In this document: piece after piece, positions 1-8,526 of the stretch
How positions within the stretch are numbered: position 1 is the stretch's first letter
Layout of the letters: each line of letters begins with the position of its first letter
Assembly: GCA_963749835.1 (NCBI GenBank)
Contig: CAVVOD010000001.1
Span: forward strand, 3,926,851-3,990,850
Length of the DNA: 64,000 bases
Source of the DNA: an uncultured Acidobacteriota bacterium
GTDB lineage: Bacteria > Acidobacteriota > Vicinamibacteria > Vicinamibacterales > 2-12-FULL-66-21
Reading direction: 5' to 3'
Notes under the pieces: model-generated
What the model was told of the DNA's origin: nothing
Databases searched by the model: none
What the model saw: the letters and a program-made list of their open reading frames with translations, nothing else
Translations under genes and position numbers: made by a program

Positions 1-15
1 TGCTACAGTGTCGCC

Positions 16-1068
16 GTGCGAAAGCCGAATGCCGCGGCGTCGTCGGTCGCGCTGCTGATGCTCCTCACGATCCCGCTGGCCGCTCATCCGGAGCAACAGG
101 CTGCGGCACCCGCCGCGTCCACCGGCGCCCCAGCCAGCATCACCACCGCAATCACGGCTGCCGGCACCGCGTTCCTGGCAAGTCTGAGCGAGGCCGAGCG
201 CGCCCGGTGCGTGTTCGCGTTCAACGACAACGAACAGAAAGCCCGGTGGTCCAACCTCCCGGTCGGCATCTTCGAACGCAAAGGACTGCGGCTGGGGGAC
301 TTGACGGCACCGCAGAAGGACGCTGCGCTCAAGATCCTCACCACTGCCTTGAGCCGCGACGGATACCGCAAGATCACCGAGATCATGAACGGCGACGAAG
401 TGCTCAAGACGGCAGGTGGCGGCCGCGGGGGCGGCAACGTCAAGTTCGGTGCCGCGGAATACTTCATCGCGCTGCTGGGCACGCCGTCCGTCATCGAGCC
501 CTGGATGATCCAGTTCGGCGGTCATCACCTCGCGATCAACGTCACGCTCGTCGGGCGCGACAACGTGATGACGCCGAGCCTCCCCGCCGCGCAGCCGGCC
601 ACGTATTCGCTCAACGGGCAGACCGTTCGTCCTCTTGGCGACGAGAACGACAAGGCGTTCGCGCTGATCAATGCGCTGGATCCCGCGCAGCGCAAGCAGG
701 CGGTTCTCGGCTATCAGGTGACCGATCTCGTGCTCGGCGCCGGGCAGGATGGGAAGAAGATTCAGCCCGAAGGCATCCTCGCGTCGGCGCTGACCGCTCC
801 CCAGCAGGCCATGCTGCTCGACCTCGCGCACGAATGGGTCGGCATCCTCAACGACGAGGCCGCGACGGGACGAATGGCAGAAATCAAGGCGGCCCTGCCG
901 AACACGTACTTCGCGTGGAACGGCCCCCTGACGAACGGCAGCGCGGCGTACTTCAGGATCCAGGGGCCGACGCTCGTCATCGAGTACGCGCCGCAGCGGG
1001 ACATCACCCACATCCACACGATCTATCGCGATCCGACGAACGACTACGGCGCGAAACTGGTCAAGTGA
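16..1068 (+). CDS. DUF3500 domain-containing protein (secreted)
   Basis: 350-aa ORF. Hydrophobic N-terminal signal-like segment (VALLMLLTIPLAAHP). The C-terminal block YFRIQGPTLVIEYAPQRDITHIHTIYRDPTNDYG matches my memory of the DUF3500 signature. Confidence 0.75.
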   Translation: MRKPNAAASSVALLMLLTIPLAAHPEQQAAAPAASTGAPASITTAITAAGTAFLASLSEAERARCVFAFNDNEQKARWSNLPVGIFERKGLRLGDLTAPQKDAALKILTTALSRDGYRKITEIMNGDEVLKTAGGGRGGGNVKFGAAEYFIALLGTPSVIEPWMIQFGGHHLAINVTLVGRDNVMTPSLPAAQPATYSLNGQTVRPLGDENDKAFALINALDPAQRKQAVLGYQVTDLVLGAGQDGKKIQPEGILASALTAPQQAMLLDLAHEWVGILNDEAATGRMAEIKAALPNTYFAWNGPLTNGSAAYFRIQGPTLVIEYAPQRDITHIHTIYRDPTNDYGAKLVK

Positions 1069-1629
1069 ATGTCCGTCGTCCCGGCGCGGTTCTTCGTCAT
1101 CGCGATCGGCATCCGGCTGGCGCTTCCGTCAGTCGCTGATGCGCACCGGCTGGACGAGTACCTGCAGGCGACGCGCATCGACGTCAGCCTCGATCGCGTG
1201 GAGCTGGACATCGATCTGACCGCCGGAGTCGGCGTGGCGCCCGATGTGTGGAGACTCATCGACACCGACCGCAATGGCCGCATCTCAGACGCCGAAGGAC
1301 AGAGCTATGCGGATCTCGTCCTGAAGTCGGTGGTGCTCCAGGTCGATGGCCAGGCGCGCCCCGTGGCGCTCGTGTCCAGCCGCTTCCCGACCTTCCAGGA
1401 GATCACCAGCGGATCCGGTCCAATTCGCATCCAGGCGCGAGCGGGGGTTCCTGCCCTCAGCGCCGGACGCCACACGCTTCGTTACCGGAACACCCATCGC
1501 CGTGCGACGAGCGTTTACCTGGTCAACGCGCTCGTGCCGTCGACCAGCGCCGTCACCATCGCGTCGCAGCGCCGCGATCCGCGGCAGACGGAACTCGTGC
1601 TGACCTATGACGTCGCACGCGTGCCGTAG
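1069..1629 (+). CDS. hypothetical secreted protein with EF-hand-like Ca-binding loop
   Basis: 186-aa ORF whose ATG directly follows the upstream TGA (TGAATG). Signal peptide ends ...SVADA. 12-residue EF-hand-like loop DTDRNGRISDAE (nt 1261-1296). No family recognised. Confidence 0.55.
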   Translation: MSVVPARFFVIAIGIRLALPSVADAHRLDEYLQATRIDVSLDRVELDIDLTAGVGVAPDVWRLIDTDRNGRISDAEGQSYADLVLKSVVLQVDGQARPVALVSSRFPTFQEITSGSGPIRIQARAGVPALSAGRHTLRYRNTHRRATSVYLVNALVPSTSAVTIASQRRDPRQTELVLTYDVARVP

Positions 1630-1647
1630 TTGTCCTGGTACCGGTTT

Positions 1648-1729
1648 CTTCCGGCTAAGGCCGGAAGCTACGTCGTCCGAGCCTCGAATCCCGAGTCGCG
1701 AATCCCGATTCGCGAATCCCGAATCCCGA
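1648..1729. repeat. REP-like hairpin plus CCCGA[AG]T heptamer array
   Basis: Hairpin CTTCCGGC-TAAG-GCCGGAAG (1648-1667) followed by CTACG, then degenerate 7-nt repeats (cgaatcc cgagtcg cgaatcc cgattcg cgaatcc cgaatcc). Confidence 0.8.
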
Positions 1730-1772
1730 CGATGCGCATGAAGGCGCACTTCGCAAAGTACCTGGCCACCGC

Positions 1773-2897
1773 CTAGTGTCCCGTCCCAGTGGTTCGTGAA
1801 ACATGTTGCGAGGCTTGGAGGTCGAACGTGCGCTGCGCGAATCGCGCGATGCTCGCCAGAATCTGGTCGGCGGTCTTCGTCCACACGAACGGCTTGGGAT
1901 TCTGCTGATGCGCGTCGATGAACTCCTGGATGGCGGCCTTGAGCTTCGGCACACTCGTGGAGGCGCCGCGGCGCAATTGTTTGTTCGTCAGCTCGGCGAA
2001 CCATCGCTCCACGAGACTCAGCCACGACCCATACGTGGGTGTGCAGTGGACGTGAAACCGTGGACGCTTGGCGAACCAGTTCCGCATGAGCGGTGTTTTG
2101 TGGGTCCCGTAGTTGTCCATGATGATGTGCACGTCGAGGTCACGCGGGACCTGGGTCTCGATCAGATCGAGGAACTCGCGGAACTGGACCGAGCGATGAC
2201 GCTGATGACACTGCGTGATGACCTCGCTGGTCTTCGCGTTGAGCGCGGCGAACAACGTCGTCGTGCCGTGCCGATCGTAGTCATGCGTCCGGCGCTCCAC
2301 CTGGCCGGGCCGCATCGGCAGGAGCGGTTGCGTGCGGTCCAGCGCTTGGATCTGAGGTTTTTCATCGACGCAGAATACCGCCGCGTGCTCAGGCGGACGC
2401 ATATACAACCCCACGATGTCGCGCACCTTCTCCACGAGCAGCGGGTCGGTCGGCAGCTTGAACGTCTCGCCCCGATGCAGCTGCAGGCCGAACGCACGCC
2501 AGATCCGATTGACGGCCATGCGGCTCAGGTCCAACGCCTTGGCCATGTCCCGGGTGCGCCCGTGCGTGGCCCCGCGCGGGGTGGTTTCCAGCGTTCGAAT
2601 AATCACCGGCTCGACTTGGTCATCGGTAATCGTCCGCGGCGCACCGGGCCGCGGTTCGTCGTACAAGCCGTCGAGTCGCTCGCGCACGAAGCGCCCGCGC
2701 CACTTCCACACCGTGCCCGGGCTCACGTGGAGACGCCGAGCCACTACCTGGTTGTCGAGACCTTCGCCGCACGCCAAGATGATGCGCGCACGCCGAGCCA
2801 CGTTCGGCGCCGACCGCGATCGATGGGCCAGCGATTCGAGTCGCGTCCGTTCCTCCGGTGTCAGGATCAACGCGGCTTTCGGGCGTCCTGTTCGCAT
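1773..2897 (-). CDS. IS630 family transposase
   Basis: ORF 1773-2936, with a likely start at MRTGRPKAALILTPEERTRLE (2897). N-terminal HTH (ARRLHVSPGTVWKWRGRF). DDE-type core blocks (VFCVDEKPQIQAL, HIIMDNYGTHKT, WLSLVERWFAEL). The TAG stop lies inside the terminal CTAG. Confidence 0.9.
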   Translation of the reverse strand: MRTGRPKAALILTPEERTRLESLAHRSRSAPNVARRARIILACGEGLDNQVVARRLHVSPGTVWKWRGRFVRERLDGLYDEPRPGAPRTITDDQVEPVIIRTLETTPRGATHGRTRDMAKALDLSRMAVNRIWRAFGLQLHRGETFKLPTDPLLVEKVRDIVGLYMRPPEHAAVFCVDEKPQIQALDRTQPLLPMRPGQVERRTHDYDRHGTTTLFAALNAKTSEVITQCHQRHRSVQFREFLDLIETQVPRDLDVHIIMDNYGTHKTPLMRNWFAKRPRFHVHCTPTYGSWLSLVERWFAELTNKQLRRGASTSVPKLKAAIQEFIDAHQQNPKPFVWTKTADQILASIARFAQRTFDLQASQHVSRTTGTGH

Positions 2898-2969
2898 GCT
2901 CGCCTCCTTGTAGAGCAGTACGAGCAGGTCGCGCAATTTGTTTCACTTTCTACTGGGACAGGACACTAG
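1773..2969 (-). mobile_element. IS630-family insertion sequence (intact)
   Basis: 31-bp imperfect terminal inverted repeats CTAGTGTCCCGTCCCAGTGGTTCGTGAAACA (1773-1803) and TGTTTCACTTTCTACTGGGACAGGACACTAG (2939-2969), 26/31 matching. CTAG at both junctions gives the TA duplication expected for IS630. One intact transposase ORF lies inside. Confidence 0.9.
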
Positions 2970-3886
2970 CCGGCGGGCTCGAGCCACGCGCGGAGCGTCT
3001 TCAAGTCGTCTTTGAAGTGCCGGATGTTTTCCGCGGGCGTCTTCCCGAGCTCGTACTCGTGGTGCTGGCAGACCGGTCCGGCGTACTGCGCGGTCGCGAG
3101 CGTATCGAAGAACTTGCGGCTGACCATCCCCTCGCCAAGCCGACACCATTCAGGAGTCCATCCCGCCGCCTGTTTCTCCCAGCGGAAATCCTTCACGTAC
3201 ACCACGCTGTAGCGAGACTGCGCGAGCTGGGCCTGGATGGGCCATGAGAGGCCGCCTTCGAGCGTCGCGTGACCGATGTCGAAGGCAATCCCGATGTCGG
3301 TGGGAGCGAGCGCGCGGATGGTTTCGAATGCATCCCAGACCGGCGCTCCGAAGTAGTCCTTTCCCGAGTGGTTCTGGATACCCCCCTGGATACCGACGGT
3401 ATGATTCAGTTGTGCGACGTCACGCATCCGGATCTTGAAGTCCTCGAGCTGCGCCTGAATGGGCCTGGTCGGCACGTAGTGGAGCGCACCGAGCCGGTAC
3501 CTGCGAATCCCCAGTTTCGCCGCGGTCTTGAGGATCAGCTCAGCCTGGAGAGTCACGCCGGTGATGTCCGTCGTGATCATGGAGACTTCCCGATCGCGCT
3601 TCTTGAGCGCCTCCACCATCTTCGGCAGCTGCTCCTCGACACGCTCCGGATCGATGTGCGTCGATGACTTGCGCACCGGACATTCGATACCGTCCCAGCC
3701 CACATCCGCAACCAGGTCTGCGGTGTCGCTGTAATTCAGACGAATGAATGGCTTGCTGAACGCAATGACCTTCCAGCGCGCCGGCGCCGCGGCCACGCGT
3801 GCACCCGAGCCCAGGGTCGCGGCCAGCGTGACCCCCATTGAGCTGGCCTGCAGGAACTCGCGCCGGTTGAGTCTCGACGGATTCAT
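2966..3886 (-). CDS. sugar phosphate isomerase/epimerase (xylose-isomerase-like TIM barrel), Tat-exported
   Basis: 306 aa. Twin-arginine signal LNRREFLQASSMGVTLAA. TIM-barrel blocks (WDGIECPVR, GIQNHSG, FDIGHATLEG). The stop codon coincides with the CTAG occupied by the IS630 end. Confidence 0.75.
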   Translation of the reverse strand: MNPSRLNRREFLQASSMGVTLAATLGSGARVAAAPARWKVIAFSKPFIRLNYSDTADLVADVGWDGIECPVRKSSTHIDPERVEEQLPKMVEALKKRDREVSMITTDITGVTLQAELILKTAAKLGIRRYRLGALHYVPTRPIQAQLEDFKIRMRDVAQLNHTVGIQGGIQNHSGKDYFGAPVWDAFETIRALAPTDIGIAFDIGHATLEGGLSWPIQAQLAQSRYSVVYVKDFRWEKQAAGWTPEWCRLGEGMVSRKFFDTLATAQYAGPVCQHHEYELGKTPAENIRHFKDDLKTLRAWLEPAG

Positions 3887-3905
3887 GAAATGCCTCCTGC
3901 GACGT

Positions 3906-5393
3906 TCACGCCGATTTCACGGGGCGCGTCGGCACTGCGCCGAGACCCGGCCCCCTCAGCTGCCCTGTATTCATCATGCCGTCGTGAATCGTGAAGAGCC
4001 CGGGAAAGCCCGGCTCCCATGCCTTGTTCGCGACCGGCACGAACTGGCGCGCGTTCGCCTCGATCCCGGCGTTCCCCGGCACGCGGGCGGCAATGCCGGC
4101 CGAGTGAATGAGCGAGGCGCCGGGGCACGTCAGGTCCTGCACGCACATGAACATGCCGTACTTCTGCGCCGCGGCCGCCATCAGCATGGCATGCGTCTGC
4201 CCCTTGCACGCTTTGAGGGCGACCCCGGTGTAGCCCATCTCACGCGCGAGCAGCAGCGCCTCGAGGTCCGTCAGCGATTCGTCGATGACGACGGGACGAA
4301 GGAGCGCCGCCTTGTGCATGACGTTCGCCCGATCCTTCTGCAGATCGCGGGCGGTCGGCTGCTCGATGTAGAGAATCCGATCGAAGCCGGTGGGCGTGGC
4401 TTCCTGGATGCGGCGCAGGAACTCGAGCAGGTACGCCACATTCGGACAGCCTTCGTTGAAATCGAGGGAGTACTTCCAGTCCGCCGCCCCGCGCGCCGCC
4501 ATCGCGCGATTGACGACGCGATCGATGCGGACGACGCGCTCGAAATCCGCGGTCAGATCGCCGCCGTTCAACTTGATCTTGTAACGGATCAATCCGTCCC
4601 GGGGGATCCATTCCTCGAGCGTATTCGGCAGCCCGTCGTCGATTCTGACCCGGACGTCCGCAGCCTCCAGCGGATCGCTCGCCCCGACGGAATGAAAGAG
4701 CGGGATACTCGGCCGGGGCATGGACGGGACGTACCGATCGATATACTCGCCGGCAAACTTCGGCCCCAGATCGTGCGAGAGGTCGCGCGTCATGAAGCGC
4801 GCACCGTAGGTGTCGTAGCAGCTGACGCCGAATGCCTTGCCGTACGCATCGTGGATCGCGGCGTCGAAAGCGCTGCCGACGACGAGCGTGCAGAGCTTCG
4901 GGATCGGCGTCGCAAGCGCGCGGGTGCGCGACAGCTCGCCGGCGGCGCGCAGATACTCGGGCTCCAGCGCCCGGAACAGGTCCACCGGGTGCCCCTGCTC
5001 CTGGCAGGCGGACGTCAGGCGACCGAGGTCACCGGCGAGCGCACGCATCGCGCCCAGGCCGTCCTCCTGCGACGCGGCGGGAAATGCCCACGCATTGCCG
5101 AGCGTCATCGATCCGAACCCCCACGCCTCGACTCCGCCGCTCGTCCGCACCCGGCAGGTGACGTTCAGCAGCGTCACCGCATCGACCGAACGCCCGCCGA
5201 ACTGGTACGGCGCCCGATACTTGAACTCCTCGAACGCGTGGTTGGCCTCGACGATTCGGATGTCGGTCGGCCGCGACCGCGCGATCGCCGGCGCACGCCG
5301 CGCGGCGCAGCCGGCAAGCGCCAGCAGCGGGGCGGCGCCCGCAGCTTTGAGGAGCGCACGGCGAGTGAGTCCGCGTTCATCGTGTGGAGCCAA
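3906..5393 (-). CDS. enolase-superfamily enzyme (mandelate racemase/muconate lactonizing-like), Tat signal
   Basis: 495 aa. LTRRALLKAAGAAPLLALAGC Tat/lipobox-like N-terminus. Enolase-superfamily pattern KIKLNG, SLDFNEG, YIEQP, VVIDESL, ALKACKGQT. Confidence 0.7.
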   Translation of the reverse strand: MAPHDERGLTRRALLKAAGAAPLLALAGCAARRAPAIARSRPTDIRIVEANHAFEEFKYRAPYQFGGRSVDAVTLLNVTCRVRTSGGVEAWGFGSMTLGNAWAFPAASQEDGLGAMRALAGDLGRLTSACQEQGHPVDLFRALEPEYLRAAGELSRTRALATPIPKLCTLVVGSAFDAAIHDAYGKAFGVSCYDTYGARFMTRDLSHDLGPKFAGEYIDRYVPSMPRPSIPLFHSVGASDPLEAADVRVRIDDGLPNTLEEWIPRDGLIRYKIKLNGGDLTADFERVVRIDRVVNRAMAARGAADWKYSLDFNEGCPNVAYLLEFLRRIQEATPTGFDRILYIEQPTARDLQKDRANVMHKAALLRPVVIDESLTDLEALLLAREMGYTGVALKACKGQTHAMLMAAAAQKYGMFMCVQDLTCPGASLIHSAGIAARVPGNAGIEANARQFVPVANKAWEPGFPGLFTIHDGMMNTGQLRGPGLGAVPTRPVKSA

Positions 5394-5502
5394 GGCGCGG
5401 CATTATAACGCGCGCCGGGAGGCGGTACTCACCCTCGATGCCCGCCGCGCCATTGTGGAGGACGAAGCGATGAGGATACGCTGTGGACCTTAACCGGAGG
5501 TA

Positions 5503-6399
5503 TTGATGCGTTCAACTCGCTTATTCGTCCTGCTCCTCGCCATCTTTGTCGTGCAGTCGATCGCGGCACAGGGTCCCCCCAGCCGCACACTGCGAATCAT
5601 CGCGTTCGGCGCGCATCCCGACGACGCGGAGCTGAAATTTGCCGGAACCGCGGCGCTCTTCGCCGCCGCCGGCCACAAGGTCAAGCTCGTGGCGCTGACC
5701 AATGGCGACGTCGGACACTTCTCGCAGGCGGGAGGGCCGCTGGCGCAGCGCCGCAAGGCTGAAGTCGAGGCATGCCACGCGAAGCTGGGGGTCGCAACCG
5801 AGGTCCTCGACATCCATGACGGCGAGCTGATGGCGGACCTCGAGACGCGGAAGAAGGTCGCCAACATGATTCGAGACTGGCAGGCCGACATCGTCCTCTC
5901 CCATCGTCCGTGGGACTACCACCCGGATCACCGGGCCGTCGGTAAGCTCGCCGAGGACGCCGCCGTCGTTGTCGCGGCGCCGTATTTCGCCCCCTACACG
6001 AAGCCGACGCCGAGGAACCCGATCTTCCTGTTCTACTCGGACGCCTTCAAGAAGCCATATCCGTTCGATCCGATTCTCGCGGTGGGGTTCGACGAGGCGG
6101 CGCAGAAGAAGTGGGATTGCATCTCCGCCCTGCCGTCACAGTTCGGTGATGCCGACTCCTGGCAGGCGCGCTATGGGCGGAACGTGCCCACTGACGAAGC
6201 GGGACGCAAGGCGTTCCTGCTGGACATCGTGAAGCAGCGGAACGCTGACGTCGCGAATCAGTATCGGACGCTGCTGGTGCAGCTGTATGGAGAACAGAAA
6301 GGCCGCAGCATCAAATACGCTGAAGCGTTCGAGCTGAATCAGTACGGGAGTGCCGCCACGGCGGATGAACTGAAGAAGATGTTCCCCACTTTCCAATAA
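5503..6399 (+). CDS. PIG-L/LmbE family deacetylase (secreted)
   Basis: 298 aa. Signal peptide (LFVLLLAIFVVQSIAAQ). AHPDDAE motif and HRPWDYHPDH block. Confidence 0.8.
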   Translation: MMRSTRLFVLLLAIFVVQSIAAQGPPSRTLRIIAFGAHPDDAELKFAGTAALFAAAGHKVKLVALTNGDVGHFSQAGGPLAQRRKAEVEACHAKLGVATEVLDIHDGELMADLETRKKVANMIRDWQADIVLSHRPWDYHPDHRAVGKLAEDAAVVVAAPYFAPYTKPTPRNPIFLFYSDAFKKPYPFDPILAVGFDEAAQKKWDCISALPSQFGDADSWQARYGRNVPTDEAGRKAFLLDIVKQRNADVANQYRTLLVQLYGEQKGRSIKYAEAFELNQYGSAATADELKKMFPTFQ

Positions 6400-6402
6400 C
6401 GT

Positions 6403-6550
6403 AAAATGGGGACACTCACCTTTAGCGTAAGTTGTTGATCCGCGGTGAGGCTCCGTCGCAAATTTTGCTCATTCGCGACGAAGCCTCTGCACCTGATTTT
6501 CAGGCCAATCGAATCAACGGTTCACCGTTAAGTTGAGTGTCCCCGTTTTT
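6403..6550. mobile_element. MITE (family B, full-length copy)
   Basis: About 148 bp with no ORF. Imperfect terminal inverted repeats AAAATGGGGACACTCACCTTTAGCGTAAGTTGTTGAT and ATCAACGGTTCACCGTTAAGTTGAGTGTCCCCGTTTTT. Arm copies recur at 17283-17329 and 48373-48409. Lies between convergent genes. Confidence 0.65.
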
Positions 6551-7485
6551 TTGAGGACGCCGCGCATGTAGTCGGCGGCGAGCTGCGCGTTCTTGTCGGC
6601 GAACTCGATGCCCACGGTCTTGCCGTCCACCTTCGGCAGCGGGTGGCACAGCTCATACCCGATGTAGCCTTCGTAGCCGATCTCCTGCATCCCCTCGGCG
6701 AAGTCCGCGTAGTAATACTCCGGGGTCAGCGTGGAATCGGGGTTCCGGTCGAAGCCGCGGACGACGCCGTCCGCGTCGCGGTCGTACTCGCCGCCAAAGT
6801 GGGTCAGGACCTGCAGCGGGCCAACCTCGCGCGCCATCTGCTGCATCGACGTCACGCCCTGGAGGGCGGCAAGTGGCGCGTCGATGCACGCCTTCAGATG
6901 AGGGGACGCGACTTCCCGAATCAGACGGAGCGTGTCGGCTGGACTGTTGGTGACGGGCGCGTGGTTCTGGAGCGCGAGCGTCACGCCGGCCTCACCGGCC
7001 ATGCGCGCGGACTCGATGAGCCCCTCCCGGCACCACGCCCATGTCTGCTCGGCGGCCGGCTCTTTGTGTGCTTCGCGCCAGATCTGGCGCGCCGTCAGGT
7101 AGGTCGCCCCTTCGGGCGCAATCGTGACGCCCGGCCAGGCCGCAAACATCCGCAGCGTCTTGACCCCGAGATCCGCCGTCATGCGAATCAGATCGCGCAC
7201 GTAGAGCAGCTGTGTCTCCCGGTATTCCGGGACCGGGCTGCTGAAGTCGTTGTTCGCCGCGACGGCGTAGATGTCGATCCCCGCATCGTGCGCCCGCTTC
7301 TGCAGATCGAGGCACCGGCTCCTGGGAAGGTCCAGCGGATTGCCGTGCGGTCTCTTCCCGTCGATCTCCACGCCGTCGTACCCGTACTCGCGCGCTCGCA
7401 GGATGAGCTCCTCGAGCGTGAGCGCGGGCCCCTGATACCACAAGCCCAGATAGGTGATGCTGTACAGGCCAATCTTCATGTGCAT
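6514..7485 (-). CDS. sugar phosphate isomerase/epimerase (xylose-isomerase-like TIM barrel), cytoplasmic
   Basis: 323 aa (start 7485, or MKIGLYS at 7479). Blocks YGYDGVEIDGKRPHG and LALQNHAP. The last 12 codons plus stop (KKTGTLNLTVNR*) are encoded by the MITE-B right arm. Confidence 0.75.
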   Translation of the reverse strand: MHMKIGLYSITYLGLWYQGPALTLEELILRAREYGYDGVEIDGKRPHGNPLDLPRSRCLDLQKRAHDAGIDIYAVAANNDFSSPVPEYRETQLLYVRDLIRMTADLGVKTLRMFAAWPGVTIAPEGATYLTARQIWREAHKEPAAEQTWAWCREGLIESARMAGEAGVTLALQNHAPVTNSPADTLRLIREVASPHLKACIDAPLAALQGVTSMQQMAREVGPLQVLTHFGGEYDRDADGVVRGFDRNPDSTLTPEYYYADFAEGMQEIGYEGYIGYELCHPLPKVDGKTVGIEFADKNAQLAADYMRGVLKKTGTLNLTVNR

Positions 7486-7540
7486 TCTCCAGTTTCAGAG
7501 CCTGACCGTCGCTCGCGCTAATCCTACAACGAAGACCGGC

Positions 7541-7757
7541 TGTCGGTTTTCAGTTTCCAGTTTCCCGCTCAGCTTTCCGCTTTCAGCTTCCGGTTTCCCG
7601 CTCTCCGTCTTCCGGCTAAAGCCGGAAGCTACGTCGTCCGAGTCCCGAGCCCGAATCCCGAGTCCCGAATCCGAGTCCCGAGTCCCGAATCCCAAGCCCG
7701 GATCCGGAGTCCCGAATCCCGAATCTCGATCCCCGATCCCCGATCCCCGATCCCCGC
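7541..7757. repeat. composite heptamer arrays plus REP-like hairpin
   Basis: GCTTTCC-type 7-mers (7541-7608), hairpin CTTCCGGC-TAAA-GCCGGAAG (7609-7628) followed by CTACG, then about 18 units of CCCGA[AG]T / CCCCGAT up to 7757. Fills the divergent intergenic region. Confidence 0.85.
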
Positions 7758-7778
7758 ATCTGATATCGTGGCCTCAGC

Positions 7779-8501
7779 ATGACGAACTACGCCGCGCTCG
7801 CCGGCACGCTGACAGATGCCCTCGGTCCACTCCGCCCGGTTGCGGTCGCCTACCTGAACGCTCCGCCGGCCGGTGTGACGCGGTTCAGCGGGACCACGCC
7901 GTCGGGTTGCACGTTCTGGCGTCTCGCGAGCGACGGGCCCGGCTTCTATACCGTGCCGAGCGATCACTTCAACTGTCCGATCGGGAGCTACACCCATGCC
8001 ATCGACCTGCCGGCGGACCGCGCCGTCGAGCTCGGAGAGACGCTGTCGCTGATGGCCGGTATCGGGTACGTGCGGATGGAGGAAGTGCCGTCGATCCCGC
8101 GCCTCAGCCAGGAGCCCGCAGCTATTTACTACGCGCCGCTCGCGGCGACGGTCGTCGATCCGGACGTCGTCATTTTCGCGGGCCGCCCCGCCCCGCTCAT
8201 GCGGCTGCAGGAGACGGCGGCCGCCGCCGGCGCTGCCTCGACCCTGCCTCTCCTTGGGCGGCCGACGTGCATGGCGCTTCCCGCCGCCATGGCGCATGGC
8301 TCCGTGATGAGCAGCGGGTGCATCGGGAACCGCGTGTACACCGGCCTCGGCGATGATGAGCTCTACCTCATGGTCCCAGGACCGCGACTCGCGGACGTCG
8401 TCGCGCAGCTCCCGCGCATCGTCGGCGCCAACACCACGCTTGCCGAACACCATCGCGGTCGCAAGGCCGCGCTCAGTATGCACGGCGACCGTAGCACGTA
8501 G
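7779..8501 (+). CDS. DUF169 domain-containing protein
   Basis: 240 aa. PVAVAYL...GCTFW...HFNCPIGSYTH pattern recalled from DUF169 (COG2043-type) proteins. The TAG stop lies within a GTAGCAC heptamer array. Confidence 0.6.
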   Translation: MTNYAALAGTLTDALGPLRPVAVAYLNAPPAGVTRFSGTTPSGCTFWRLASDGPGFYTVPSDHFNCPIGSYTHAIDLPADRAVELGETLSLMAGIGYVRMEEVPSIPRLSQEPAAIYYAPLAATVVDPDVVIFAGRPAPLMRLQETAAAAGAASTLPLLGRPTCMALPAAMAHGSVMSSGCIGNRVYTGLGDDELYLMVPGPRLADVVAQLPRIVGANTTLAEHHRGRKAALSMHGDRST

Positions 8502-8520
8502 CACGCAGCACATAGCACGT
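8491..8520. repeat. GTAGCAC heptamer array
   Basis: gtagcac gtagcac gcagcac atagcac. Overlaps the DUF169 stop codon and the nadE leader. Confidence 0.7.
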
Positions 8521-8526
8521 ATACCC

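Noticed and set aside
1803-2969. 388-aa plus-strand ORF covering the whole IS630 element
   Set aside because: It is exactly antisense to the transposase, which has clear HTH/DDE motifs. Its Arg/Pro/Gly-rich composition is typical of shadow ORFs in GC-rich DNA.
8353-8526. N-terminal 58-aa extension of nadE implied by the ORF track
   Set aside because: The extension overlaps the DUF169 gene and a heptamer array, is low-complexity (S/R/T-rich), and precedes the canonical MRIALAQLNP start of NAD synthetases.
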